The position numbers were made by a program, and so were the translations under genes. A stretch of DNA of 64,000 nucleotides from Octopus sinensis. Taxonomy: Eukaryota. The notes beneath the pieces were generated by a model. That model searched no databases and was not told the origin of the DNA. It saw only the letters and a list, made by a program, of their open reading frames with translations. Numbering within the stretch: the first letter of the stretch is position 1; each line of letters starts with the position of its first letter. Of the stretch, positions 12,428-24,638 are shown piece after piece. The DNA lies in NCBI RefSeq assembly GCF_006345805.1, contig NC_043003.1, positions 49,228,001 to 49,292,000 of the forward strand, in the 5' to 3' direction.

Positions 12428-13399
12428 TATGTATGTATATATATATATATATATATAAGCCGTACAGCGCTACATGCAATGGTGGCAAAATAGGTTTTAC
12501 CTTACGGAATTTCACGTGCAATGAGATATTCGTAACGCTGCAGATGCCTATTTAAGTAGTTACGCGTGTGTGTGTGTGCGTATGTGTGTGTCCGTGTGTT
12601 TGTGTGTGTAAGTATATGTATATTTGTTTGTCTGACTGTCTGTTTGTCGGTCGGTTTTCTCTGTCTGTCTGTCTATACATACATACATACATACATACAT
12701 ACATACATACATACATACATACATAATACTACATGCACGCATACATTACACGCGCACGCATAAACGCACACATACACACGCACACTTACACACTCATACA
12801 CTTACGCACACATAAATACGTACATTTATTGTGTGTGAGTGAGTGTGTATGTGTGTGTCTGTATTGTAATGTTAGTAGAAGGTGATGAAAGGAAGTTGAT
12901 GTTATTAACAATGACATGTTCACAGAAGCATGTTTTGCAGCAACGATTGGAATTATATATGGGTGGCTGTTACATACTTTATTGCAACTATAGCTGGACC
13001 TTGTTGAGATCAATGACAAGAAAGAAGGGAAGAAAAGTCGTTTGCTTGATGAGTTTGTGCGCACATAGATGTGTGTGTGTGTATTTGTTTGTGAGTTGGT
13101 GCGTTGGCGTGTGTGTGCAAATAGGTTTCTGTTTTTGTAAGCAATCTTTGATTCTGAGACTGGTTTCGGTCAGTCGACTGCAATCATAATAAGGTGCTGA
13201 GCACTATTCCTTCAAAGGTATCTGTCAATCGCATCGACTGCTGATACATAGAGGCGTATATTTGTACGTTCGTACATATGTATTTATGTATGTATATGTA
13301 CATGTATGCTTGGGTGTGTGTATATGTACGCATGTATGTATGCGTGTATGTATGAATGTAAGTACGCGTGTGTCAGTATGTGTGCATATGTATATATGT

Positions 13400-13507
13400 A
13401 TATCTATCTATCTACCTACCTACCTACCTACCTACCTACCTACCTACCTACCTACCTACCTATCTATCTACCTACCTACCTACCTACCTACCTACCTACC
13501 TACCTAC

Positions 13508-13577
<70 letters not shown>

Positions 13578-13612
13578 GTATGTATGTATGTATGTATGTA
13601 TGTATGTACGTA
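13400..13612. repeat. Compound tetranucleotide microsatellite (CTAC)n-(CTAT)n-(GTAT)n
   Basis: Directly visible in the sequence. Confidence 0.95.
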
Positions 13613-14067
13613 TGTGTATATCTCGCTCAGAGATTTAAGATAATATATATCTCTCTTTTACGAGACCAGCGACAGGGAGTCGCTAGAAAAGTATATAATG
13701 AAAACAAATTCAAAACCCGATGTATATATTCATTCAATCCATATTAACGAAGTACTGCATGTTATACAAAGTGCATACATAGGTGCATTCATCTATATGA
13801 TATATAAAATTTTCTAAGAATTTATAAATACATACATATATACAAAAATTCATACACATATAAAAATTTACAAACGCATAAAAGTTCATAAATGTAAATA
13901 TATAAAAAATGTGTAAGTCTTGCGAAGTCCGAATGAAAAGGATGATGAAGCGGATGCAAACTGATCCGTAAGGAATCTGGAACATGTATAAAGTCTATGT
14001 ATAAAGTCTTACGGCCGTTTCGTAAAGATATAGGTTGCAATGGGCGAGCTAACTCCAACTATAACAA

Positions 14068-14467
14068 TATTCTATACTTCTCTCATCAGAGTTAATAGAA
14101 TCTCAAGGTTAAAATTTTGAAAGAAATGGTGTGTTAAATAATTTAAAAATCGAATGGTCGATGGGACCACTGTCTTTGGGCATATGAAGTTAAAATGTAT
14201 TACGACACAACGTTTAAATTCTTCAAGAATAATTAATCGGTAGGATTCTAGTTTAGCCTTGCTTCATATTATGGACTCTTCTAAAAGTTTATATTTTATA
14301 TATAGCACCGTAAAATACCTTATATTATACATTGTACATTTTAACTTCATATGCCCGAAGAGAATGGTCTCATCAAACATTCGATTTTTAAAATTATTTA
14401 ACCCACCATTTAAAAAAAAATCTTAACCTTGTGATTCTGTTAACTCTGATGAGAGAAATATAGAATG
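14068..14467. mobile_element. MITE-like fold-back, ~130-bp inverted arms
   Basis: TATTCTATACTTCTCTCATCAGAGTTAATAGAATC...GGGCATATGAAGTTAAAATGTA is inverted relative to TACATTTTAACTTCATATGCCC...GATTCTGTTAACTCTGATGAGAGAAATATAGAATG. Confidence 0.8.
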
Positions 14468-14869
14468 CTGGTTAAACACTTGTCCGAAAAGCATTGTTAC
14501 ATATTACTCTCGTTGCTTCCATTTCTTGCCGATCAAGCTTCTACGTAGAAGTTTCCGAATGTCTTGGCCAGCGATAGTTCGTATCATACACAACCAGTCG
14601 TGTTTTATGGGCATGAAACATTTTGGCACCGCATGTGTGACGTTGCTGATTTGACGCCGACTTATTTAACATCAGGCGTTTGTCACCTCTTTCTCTTCTT
14701 GCTTGTGTGTGTCAGCATATTTCGTTTAATGAGTATGAGGAGAGGGAAATGTGTTTTCATTTGTGTTTAAAGGATGAACTATAACGTCTCTCTCTCTCTC
14801 TCTCTCTCACTCCCCCTCTGTGTGTGTGTGTGTGTGTACGCATGTGTGTGTTTGTGTGTGTGTGTGTGT

Positions 14870-15082
14870 GTGTGCTGAAAAGTTCTTGGCTTTAAGGATA
14901 TCGTGAAAGGCCTGTTTGAATGTCCAAGCGTCCAAGTTCTTTTACGGGGCTTGGAAAAACTGAAGGACTGCTGCAATAAGTGTGTGAATCTGAGAGGGGA
15001 ATATGTTGCATAAAATCACAATTAACTGATTCTCACATATTTTCTTTTATCCCAAACCAGGAACTTTACAGCACCCCTTCGT
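14870..15082 (+). mobile_element. Mariner-derived MITE, copy 1
   Basis: TIR-like GTGCTGAAAAGTTCTTGGC / CCAGGAACTTTACAGCAC; the interior encodes a mariner C-terminus-like stretch (LEKLKDCCNKCVNLRGEYV). Confidence 0.7.
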
Positions 15083-15096
15083 GTGCGCGTGTGTGC

Positions 15097-15135
<39 letters not shown>

Positions 15136-15176
15136 CTTATACATACATACATATTTACACACACACACACACACAC

Positions 15177-15214
<38 letters not shown>

Positions 15215-15217
15215 ATA

Positions 15218-15425
15218 TACAAGGAGGTACTGAAATGTTCCTGGCTTTCAGGGTATTGCGAAAGGCCTGGTTGGAGGTCCTACCTTCCAAGTTCTTTTAC
15301 AGGGCTTAGAAAAACCGAAGGACTGCTGCAATACGTGTGTGAATCTGTTAAATAAGACTATAGTTAACTGATCCTCCTGCATTCTCTTTTATCTAAACCC
15401 AGGAAGTTTTCAGCGCCCCCATGTA
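15218..15425 (+). mobile_element. Mariner-derived MITE, copy 2
   Basis: TACAAGGAGGTACTGAAATGTTCCTGGC ... CCCAGGAAGTTTTCAGCGCCCCCATGTA; homologous to 14870-15082. Confidence 0.7.
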
Positions 15426-15601
15426 TATTTCTGTGCGCGCACGCATGTTTGCCTCCATTGCTAAGCTGTACTGCTGCTAAAACAGGCTCAATATCCAGTC
15501 AGCCATACCAGCTCACCTTTACCCAAGCAGCCGCGCTCAGTTGCCTCATTCTGCGGTGATATGGCCGCTCTACTTTTTATTTTTACAATATACTCCCTCA
15601 T

Positions 15602-16187
15602 AAGGCGGCGAGCTGGCAGAAACGTTAGCACGCCGGCCGAAATGCTTAGAGGTATTTCGTCTGCCGTTACGTTCTAAGCTCAAATTCCGCCGAGGTCAAC
15701 TTTGCCTTTCATCCTTTCGGGGTCGATTAAATAAGTATCAGTTACACACTGGGGTCGATATAATCGGCTGAATCCGTTTGTCTGTCCTTGTTTGTCCCCT
15801 CTGTGTGCAGCCCCTTGTGGACAGTAAAGAAATAGGCATTTCGTCTGCCGTTACGGTCTGAGTTCAAATTCCGCCGAGGTCGACTTTGCCCTTCATCCTT
15901 TCAGGGTCATTAAATTAAATACCAGTTACGCATTGGGGTCAATATAATCAACTTAATCCGTTTGTCTGTCCTTGTTCGTCCCCTCTGTGTTTAGCCCCTT
16001 GTGGGTAGTAAAGAAATAGGTATTTCGTCTGTCTTTACGGTCTGAGTTCAAATTTCGCCGAAGTCGACTTTGCTTTCATCTTTTTGAGGTCGATAAACTA
16101 AGTACCAGTTGCGTACTGGGATCGATCTAAAGGACTACCCCCCCCCCCCAAAAAAAAATTTCGGGCCTTGTGCCTAGAGTAGAAAAG
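15602..16187 (+). mobile_element. SINE family A, trimeric copy
   Basis: One complete tRNA-like head plus three B-box/core units. 15-bp TSD AATATACTCCCTCAT (15587-15601) / AATATACTCCTTCAT (16188-16202). Confidence 0.88.
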
Positions 16188-17088
16188 AATATACTCCTTC
16201 ATCAGCACTGCCAGCTACAAACCTAAGCTTTTCAAACATTCGTCTTTTTTATAGTACTCTTGTTACTTACAAAATGAGCAGTGCTACTGATTCAAGTTTT
16301 GTATGCAATTAGCCGAACTGAACAATGCTAGTTATATTTTTGGGTCATGGTCACAGTACATAGTGATTCAAGCTGAAAATCCGACTCTTTATTCACTCCA
16401 ATAAATAGCTACAACACCTCTCAATGAAGTTAATTATTTGTTGTTAATTATAAATACGTGCCATTTGAGACTATGAATTTCTTCAATGAAAAAAAAACAA
16501 TTTAAAATAATGTAAGAACGACAATGATAGCAGCGCTGATACAGACGAAATGAAAGCCGAAACTGTGATAGCGTTAATTGCTCTGATGGCTTAAATAACC
16601 ACTTAACATACAGTATTACATAGTCTGGAGAGAGAGAGAGAGATAGAGACAAAAAAATGTAAAGGAGTGGTATGAGTATGTCTGTCATAGAGACGGGGAG
16701 AGAGGAAGAAGGGAGGAGAAAGCGAGTAAGTGAAAACAAAAGATGTGTTGGCGGGAATATTTGTATTCACTATTACTATATATAGTTTTTGTTACTAGTT
16801 TCGTAATTAGACTGCGGTCATACTGGAGTACCGACTTTCATTTCTATTTTAGAACCTGTCTATTTTGATTCGACCTTAATAGTTATAATCTGGTTCTCAC
16901 TTTTACCGAATACTTAAATTTATGGTAAACTCCGTTCCATCTTTTATGGCAGAACTACATCCCTGTAGATGTATTAATACGACAAGAAATTGATATCAGT
17001 TGTCGACTGGATACACACGGGCAGACGCATATACATAATACAGCATAAAACACACATAAATACTCTTACATACCTACATACATACCCT

Positions 17089-17154
<66 letters not shown>

Positions 17155-17159
<5 letters not shown>

Positions 17160-18485
17160 AATAAAATAGAACAATGCATATATATAAACATATATGTACG
17201 TACCTACCTCTACATGTACATATACACGCATATATGTGTACAGGACACCAAAAAGACGTCGGAACATAGAGAGACGAAAAACATAGACACAAACCAAGGA
17301 ACAAGACAAGCAAAAAAAGAGATACAGGACACATAAGCACAACGGAAAATCCCCTTCTTCAGTCGCTAAGGTTTCATCTACTCTACGTTTCGAAGATAAA
17401 AGCGACGAGACGTATACTTCGAAGAAACTTCCTTCCTGCGAAAAGCAAATCAATTAAAATTCTGAGATCTTTTCGCAGAGGGGTAAAAAAAGCAAGACGG
17501 TAACGACAGTACAAACATATAAACAGTAAAAAAAAAAATATATATATATATAAACAGTGGAAAAATAAATATATAACAGTGAGAGACAGGACAAGGAGAA
17601 CAAGATAAGAAGGGCTGTTTACGCCAGACGAAAAAAGTATTGCAAACGCTGGACTATAGTGGACGACGAGAGAGAAAGAATGTCGACCAGTAGCCTTAGA
17701 AGGCGGGCGAGAAAAGACAGGATAGCAGTTACGACGGAAGTATCGTCGCAGATGGACGACGGGAATGGGGGAGGAGGAGCAAGGGGAAGAGAGAGAAGAA
17801 GGGAATGGTGCGAGGGAGACCAGAAGAACGGTGAGGGGGAGAGAGAGAATGAGAATGAGAGAGAGAGGAAGGACAGTTAAGTGAGGGAAAAAAGACGAAA
17901 AAGGGAATGGAGAGAAAGAAGAAAGAAAGATGCAGAGTCGCGTGAGAGTTAATATCAAGGCTAACTTGATAAACAGAACAATCTTACTTAATAGGGTGCG
18001 TGCGTTTAGTCGTATAATATGTTAATAAAATAGAACATATGCATATATATAAACATATATGTACGTACCTACCTCTACATGTGCATATACACGCATATAT
18101 GTGTACAGGACACCAAAAAGACGTCGGACACATAGAGAGACGAAAAACATAGACACAAACAAGGAACAAGACAAGCAAAAAAAGAGATACAGGACAATAG
18201 CACAACGGAAAATCCCCTTCTTCAGTCGCTAAGGTTTCATCTACTCTACGTTTCGAAGGATAAAAGCGAGACGTATACTTCGAAGAAACTTCCTTCCTGC
18301 GAAAAGCAAATCAATTAAAATTCTGAGATCTTTTCGCAGAGGGGGAAAAAAAGCAGACGGTAACGACAGTACAAACATATAAACAGTAAAAAAAAAATAT
18401 ATATATATATATAAACAGTGGAAAAAAAATATATAACAGTGAGAGACAGGACAAGGAGAACAAGATAAGAAGGGCTGTTTACGCC
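17155..18485 (-). mobile_element. Non-coding direct repeat-spacer-direct repeat element in (TA)n
   Basis: 17155-17625 and 18019-18485 are near-identical ~470-bp direct repeats around a ~390-bp purine-rich spacer, with (TA)n on both flanks. The strand is inferred by analogy with PLE 3' ends. Confidence 0.75.
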
Positions 18486-18488
18486 GAT

Positions 18489-18520
<32 letters not shown>

Positions 18521-18530
18521 CATGTACGTA

Positions 18531-18567
<37 letters not shown>

Positions 18568-18763
18568 ATATATATATACATATATATAACGCACACATAT
18601 TTGTATATATATATATATTGTATTCAAATAGTTCGATTTGAAAACCCCACTAGAATGGGAGAAAGCGCTAATACATGATCTTAGTATATGATGTATAAAA
18701 ACATGTAATATACAATAAATATCTGTAACTATAAAAACCATCGAATTTCTGAGTACTCATTTC

Positions 18764-18817
<54 letters not shown>

Positions 18818-18899
18818 GTATATGTATATATATGTATGTGTATATATATATGTATATATGTATGTATATATATATGTATATATATATGTATATATGTGT

Positions 18900-18943
<44 letters not shown>

Positions 18944-19217
18944 TATATATATATGTGTGTATGTATATATACATATATATATTGCATATATGCCAGTGGC
19001 AGGAGTCTAGGGATTTCAGCATATATGACGCCAGGATAGGGCCGCTACTGAACTTACAATACTGGAGCGACTTAATGTCGCTTGTTGATTGTATGATTTA
19101 AGTATGAACATATACTCTCACGAAACTATCTATATATAAAAATAAATATAGACGGATGCATATATGCATAGGTACCCAATCCAATATAAACTGTAGATCC
19201 AACCAGGGATAGGTCTC

Positions 19218-19587
19218 AGTGTAGTGGAGGCGCAACAGTCCAGTGGTTAGAGCAGCGGACTCGCGGTTTCATTCCCAGACCGGGCGTTGTGAGTGTTTAT
19301 TGAGTGAAAACACCTAAAGCTCCACGAGGCTCTGGCAGGGGTTGGTGGCGAACCTTGCTCTACTCTTTCACTATAACTTTCTCTCACTATTTCTTCCTGT
19401 TTCTGTTGTACCTGTATTTCAAAGGACCAGCCTTGTCACACTCTGTGTCGCGCTGAAACTCCCCGACAACTACAAGGGTACACGTGTCTGTGGAGTGCTC
19501 GGCCACTTGCACGTTAATTTTACGAGTAGGCTGTTCCGTTGATCGGATCAACTGGAACCCTCGACGTCGTAACCGATAGAGTGCCAC
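19218..19587 (+). mobile_element. tRNA-derived SINE family C
   Basis: GTGGAGGCGCAACAGTCCAGTGGTTAGAGCAGCGGACTCGCGGTTTCATTCCCAGACC head; body shared with 25146-25350. Confidence 0.8.
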
Positions 19588-19634
19588 GAGTGTATGTATA
19601 AAAGAACATAAATAGGGTTTAAAATTCACAACAG

Positions 19635-19754
19635 CTGTTTCAGCAATATTTTGTTGATGCCTTAATTATATCATGGGAAAAAGTCCGCCGTGATCAGGTG
19701 AATTGTAAACAAACAGGTAAGGCAGAATTTCATGGAGAACAAGCGAAAGGTTTG
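19635..19754 (+). CDS. Candidate internal exon of an unidentified host gene (LFQQYFVDALIISWEKVRRDQVNCKQTGKAEFHGEQAKGL)
   Basis: Unique sequence, AG acceptor (19633-34, or 19642-43), 120-nt open frame, TTG|GTAAGT donor, phase 0/0. Confidence 0.45.
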
Positions 19755-19978
19755 GTAAGTATAAAAGAATTTATAGAGTCAGAGGGAAAAATACACGAGG
19801 GAAACAGTTCAAAACAACCTTATATTAAAATTTTTTATCTTGTGCTCTTCATGTATGTATATATATGTGTGTGTGTGTGTGCATGCATCTATATATTATA
19901 TATATATGCATATGTATACATACGTATATATGTATATATATGTTTTATATAAAATACATATAAATATAAAATATATAA

Positions 19979-20236
19979 CCGTATGAGATCGCCTGAAATT
20001 GTAAATCCGTTCTAAAATAGCTGAAGGTTAAATGTACACGTTCCATGCACCGAATACTTAAGCCCGGAGATCAAATTCTTATGAATTTGATCTCTGGACT
20101 TAAGTATTCGTTTTTTTGAGCTACGCATACATCTTTTTCATATTTTCGATTTTGCAATGCATTGACCGTGTACATTTAATCTTCAACCTTTTTTAGATTT
20201 CATAACGGATTTAAAATTTCAGGCGATTTCATACGG
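19979..20236. mobile_element. Small MITE with ~70-bp TIRs and an internal near-perfect hairpin
   Basis: CCGTATGAGATCGCCTGAAATTGTAAATCCGTT / AACGGATTTAAAATTTCAGGCGATTTCATACGG; hairpin at 20051-20110. Confidence 0.8.
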
Positions 20237-20483
20237 ATATATAGTTTATAATTATATATTTTTTATATGTATTTTTTGCATTTATATATTATATATTTTA
20301 TATGATGAATTGTGTCTTTCGAAAAATATATTGAGGAAAATAATCTGTTTTTTTGGCTGTCAATATTTTGAAGATTGCCTTTTCATTGAAACCTACATTA
20401 CTCTATATTCTCTTAAATCTAACTTATTCTTCTGCATAAGAAATTCATTTCCTTCTATTTTATTCCTCTCTCTATATATGTAA

Positions 20484-20540
<57 letters not shown>

Positions 20541-20546
20541 ATATAT

Positions 20547-20605
<59 letters not shown>

Positions 20606-20933
20606 ATGTGTGTGTGTGTGTTTGTATGTGTGTATGTTGTGTTTGTACATACACAGTGATAAAGTTCTAGAAAAATTTCGTCTTCTAATTTCTACTCACA
20701 AGCCTCTTCAAATTGAGGCTGTGGTAGAACTTGCTAGAGGTACGGAATGCAATATCGAACTTTGAATGGCGTGGTTGCTTGCAGTCAAAGGGGTGGTGCT
20801 TAGAACGACGTTGGTGATGCTAGTGACAGTGGTGGTGGTGGTGGTGGTGCATGAGGAAATGACTTTTGTGCGAGACTTTTGTTGATGCGCTCGGTTGAAT
20901 GGGTTGAATGCTGTGAGATAGCAACGCGGCCGT

Positions 20934-21022
20934 GTGGAGAAAAGAAGCAGTAGCAAGCAGCAGCAGAAGACACTTTTCCATAACGACCATCAACCACCAC
21001 CACCACCACCACCACCACCACC

Positions 21023-21054
<32 letters not shown>

Positions 21055-21518
21055 CAACACAATACCATCCTCGTCGTCACCCCCACCAATACCAACACCA
21101 CCACCAGCAACAGCAGCTGTTCAAGAATTTGGACCTGGAGATCTCCATTTCTAGCGACTTTGAGGGCCACCTCCCAGTGGTGTCGGGCGTCAATGAAAAG
21201 CCCTCGACTACAACAAGACGACGAAAGTTTTTTTCTGTCAAGGTCTGGAGTCTCCCGCCCCTAAGTCCTAGACCATCACCTAATCACCCTTACCCGTCTT
21301 GTTGCTTAACAACAACAACAATACCATCACTGTCACCACCACCACCACCAGTACCACCACCAGCACCACCAACAACAACACCATCCTCGTCGTCACCACC
21401 ACCACCACCACCACACCACCACCAGCAACAACAACAACACCATCATTGTCACCAGCACCACCACCAACAACAACACCATCATCGTCATCACGAACAACAT
21501 CCTAAAACCCGTCAATAA
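20934..21518 (+). other. Low-complexity (CAC/CAA/ACC) region with a 194-codon open frame; coding status unresolved
   Basis: ORF track entry. A unique 60-codon core (LFKNLDLEISISSDFEGHLPVVSGVNEKPSTTTRRRKFF...) lies between triplet tracts. No recognisable domain. Confidence 0.25.
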
Positions 21519-23008
21519 TTGCGATATGGGTGCCAACAACAACGCAATGCAAACGGCATGTCAAGTTGCACAAAGCTCTGCGGCAAAATCTCCCCTCTAC
21601 CAGCGAACCGGGCCGAGAGTGTGAGTTTATAATCGAGGATGATGAGTGTAATGAACATGATTGTTGTAAGCTGAGGTCATAAATGTGTTTCACTCTTTTG
21701 AATTCGTCTAAGTGTCTTGGCTACTTGCGATAAGGTCGGGAAATTGTCGTGCTGATAACGGTTATTGAGCCAGAAACAAATGTCCACCATTGCCCTCTTA
21801 TCTTCAGACGACAAGTCTATTCTTTTCCTTAACGGCATGTCAACTTGGTAGAATTCTTGAATTTTGAAATTATTGCCCCTTCTCAAGTGGAGCTGGTCTC
21901 AATTGGCGTTTTGTAATTGTGGTACACCAGGAGTTAATTTTAATGAATCAAGCGATTACGTTGTATGATATTTGATATACCTGTATTTGGCTATGTACCT
22001 TACTATGAACACATGTCCATAGATAAGATTCGTAATGTTTTTTGGTTTCCACTATAGAAACCATATATTATCTGAAAAATCCAGATATGGTTACAGATTA
22101 TGAGATAGAGAGGTAAAACGGTTATTCATATGACTTGAGATATTAAAATTACCCATAGGTAAAATAAAATAAAGAGCAGCATTGAGTAAGATGTAATATA
22201 ATTTAAAAAGAAAATATGGAAAATGTTATTGGAAAGATAATTTTTTTCAGATTTTAAACCGTGAGAGAGATAAACGGAAGATAATAGGCCCTCGAAATTA
22301 GAATATGCAAATGCATTTAATAATCACCGAACTTGTAATAAAGCCAGTTGAAAGAAAATATATAAAAAGTAAGAAAATGAAGGGAAATATAAAATTTAAT
22401 AGCATAAAGATATGGTAGAAGATTACGCGTAAAGACAAGTAAAATATGATGGTAAATAAAGATTGAATAAGAAATGTTAAAAGCAGCAATCCCAACAGCA
22501 ACGCCAACACAAGAACAATAATTATTTAACAGCGAACATAAATCTATGCAAGAAATCTAAAATACAGAAGCACAGTATTAGTAGTAGCCACCATATAGCT
22601 TGGTGAAGAATCATATAGTTAAAAATATAAAGCATAAACATCGTTATGAACCAAACGCTATTAGTATAGAATAATAACTAGTTAAAAGAATTTACGGGAA
22701 GAAAATTTTACGAGAAAGATGCTACCTAAAAATAAAAATAAAAAAAAAAAAACCTGAAAGAAAATCTTTGAACACGAAAATATATTTGCTTCGGTGATGT
22801 ATGAAAAAGTAGTCTTATAATTGGAATTTCGCTGTAGGATTTTTGAGTAGAGGAAGTAATAAATTTAAGAAATAGTAACAAGTAATATTCTTATTGGTTA
22901 TACAAGATGAAAAATAGAAAAAAATGTCAGACATACAAATGTAATTAAAATAGAATAAAATAATAAACAGAATATACAGTAGAAACAAATACAGAGGCAA
23001 AGATAGGT

Positions 23009-23050
<42 letters not shown>

Positions 23051-23379
23051 ATACACACACGCATACACAAACACTCACATATGTATATGTTCACATACAT
23101 ATCTTGTTGACGCCATAAAAGCTTATTAACTTTCGAGAGAAAGTGGATAAATTATTTTGGGGAACTGGTTCTCGAAGCACATATAAACCTGTATGCGCTA
23201 CCATGTAAATATTGGGTCAAAAAACCTTTTTTGCACAGAAAGGGTCAAAGGCTGCCCGTGAGATACGAACCCACATCTCCGGTAGATATGAGTTTTCCGC
23301 GTGAGTAGATACGCCTCAACCTGCGAGCTTGCTATACAACTGAACTTAGTTCACAATCCACTACAGAAAAATGCTGGAA

Positions 23380-23830
23380 AGTGTGCGAAGTGGGTACCTC
23401 GAGAGTTGACACTCAATTTGAAGAACAGGAGTGAGGAATTCTACTCTAATCTGCTGGAATCGTTTGAAGCGAATGAAGATACGTTGCTTCTTTTGATCTG
23501 ATAACAGGGATGCTATGTGGCCATATTTTTTATGATCCAAAAACATAGCTCAATTCATCTTTTTTTCCAAGGCCTAAGAAGTTCAAAAGTTAGTGATCGA
23601 TACAGAAGGTGATAGCGACTGTTTTGTTGGGTGACAAGGGCATTATTCTCCTCGATTTTCTGGAACGTAGCTGTAATATGATACACTGAGACACCAAAAA
23701 AAAAAAAAAGAAAAGAAAAGCATAAAGAATCCATTAGCAGAAAAAAATAAATAAAAAAATGAGAAAACGATCCACACTCCCCATGACAATGTACAGCCAC
23801 ACACATCATTGGTAACAAATCGCGCAATCG
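23380..23830 (+). mobile_element. Highly decayed mariner transposase remnant
   Basis: Translated fragments AKWVPRELT, ITGD..W.YFYDP, VIATV..GDKGIILLDFLE, HDN.QPH. Confidence 0.7.
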
Positions 23831-24037
23831 CGAACAGGGCTGGTTAGTGGTCCCTATTTTTCACACAACTTGGATCTATAGCGTCCTCCGAAATCTACAT
23901 GTTCGTTCAATGAAAGGCAGTTTTCAGAAACAACAATTAGATGACTGACCGTGAAGAAGTGAGTACAACAGTACACGCCTGAATACTGTCGTATTAATAT
24001 GCATCCTATGAATATACGCATGATTATTTAAGATATG

Positions 24038-24638
24038 TAAGGCGGTGAGTTGGCAGAAACGTTAGGACGCCGGGCGAAATGCTCTGCGGTATTTCGTCTG
24101 TCTTTACGTTCTGTGTTCAAATTCCGCCGAGGTCGACTTTGCCTTTCATTCTTTCGGGGTCGATTAAATAAGTACCCGTTACGCACTGGGGTCGATATAA
24201 TCGACTTAATCCCTTTGTCTGTCTTTGTTTGTCCTCTCTGTGTTTAGCCCCTTGTGGGTAGTAAGGAAATAGGTATTTGGTCTGCTGCTACGTTCTGAGT
24301 TCAAATTCCGTCGAGGTCGACTTTGCCTTTCATCCTTTCGGGGTCGATAAATTAAGTGCCAGTTACGCACTGGGGTCGATATAATCGACTTAATCCGTGT
24401 GTCTGTCCTTGTTTGTCCCTTCTATGTTTAGCCCCTTGTGGACAATAAAGAAATAAGAAAAGATTAGCGGCATTTCGTCTGTCTTCACATCCCGAGTTCA
24501 AATGCCACCGAGGTCAACTTTGCCTTTCATCCTTTCGGGGTCGATAAATTAAGTACCAGTTACACACTGGGGTCGATGGAATAGATTAACCCCCCCCCCC
24601 CAAAAAAAAAATTCAGGCCTTGTGCCTATAGTAGAAAG
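24038..24638 (+). mobile_element. SINE family A, trimeric copy
   Basis: Head plus three core units. TSD GATTATTTAAGATATG (24022-24037) / GATTATTTAAGGTGTG (24639-24654). Confidence 0.88.

Noticed and set aside
14005-14030. Minus-strand GAAACGGCCGUA (hammerhead helix III-like palindrome)
   Set aside because: No CUGANGA box upstream or downstream.
15602-15690. tRNA gene call for SINE heads (also 19218, 25146, 38205, 44985)
   Set aside because: They have A/B boxes but no complete cloverleaf and run directly into SINE bodies, so they are SINE heads rather than tRNA genes.
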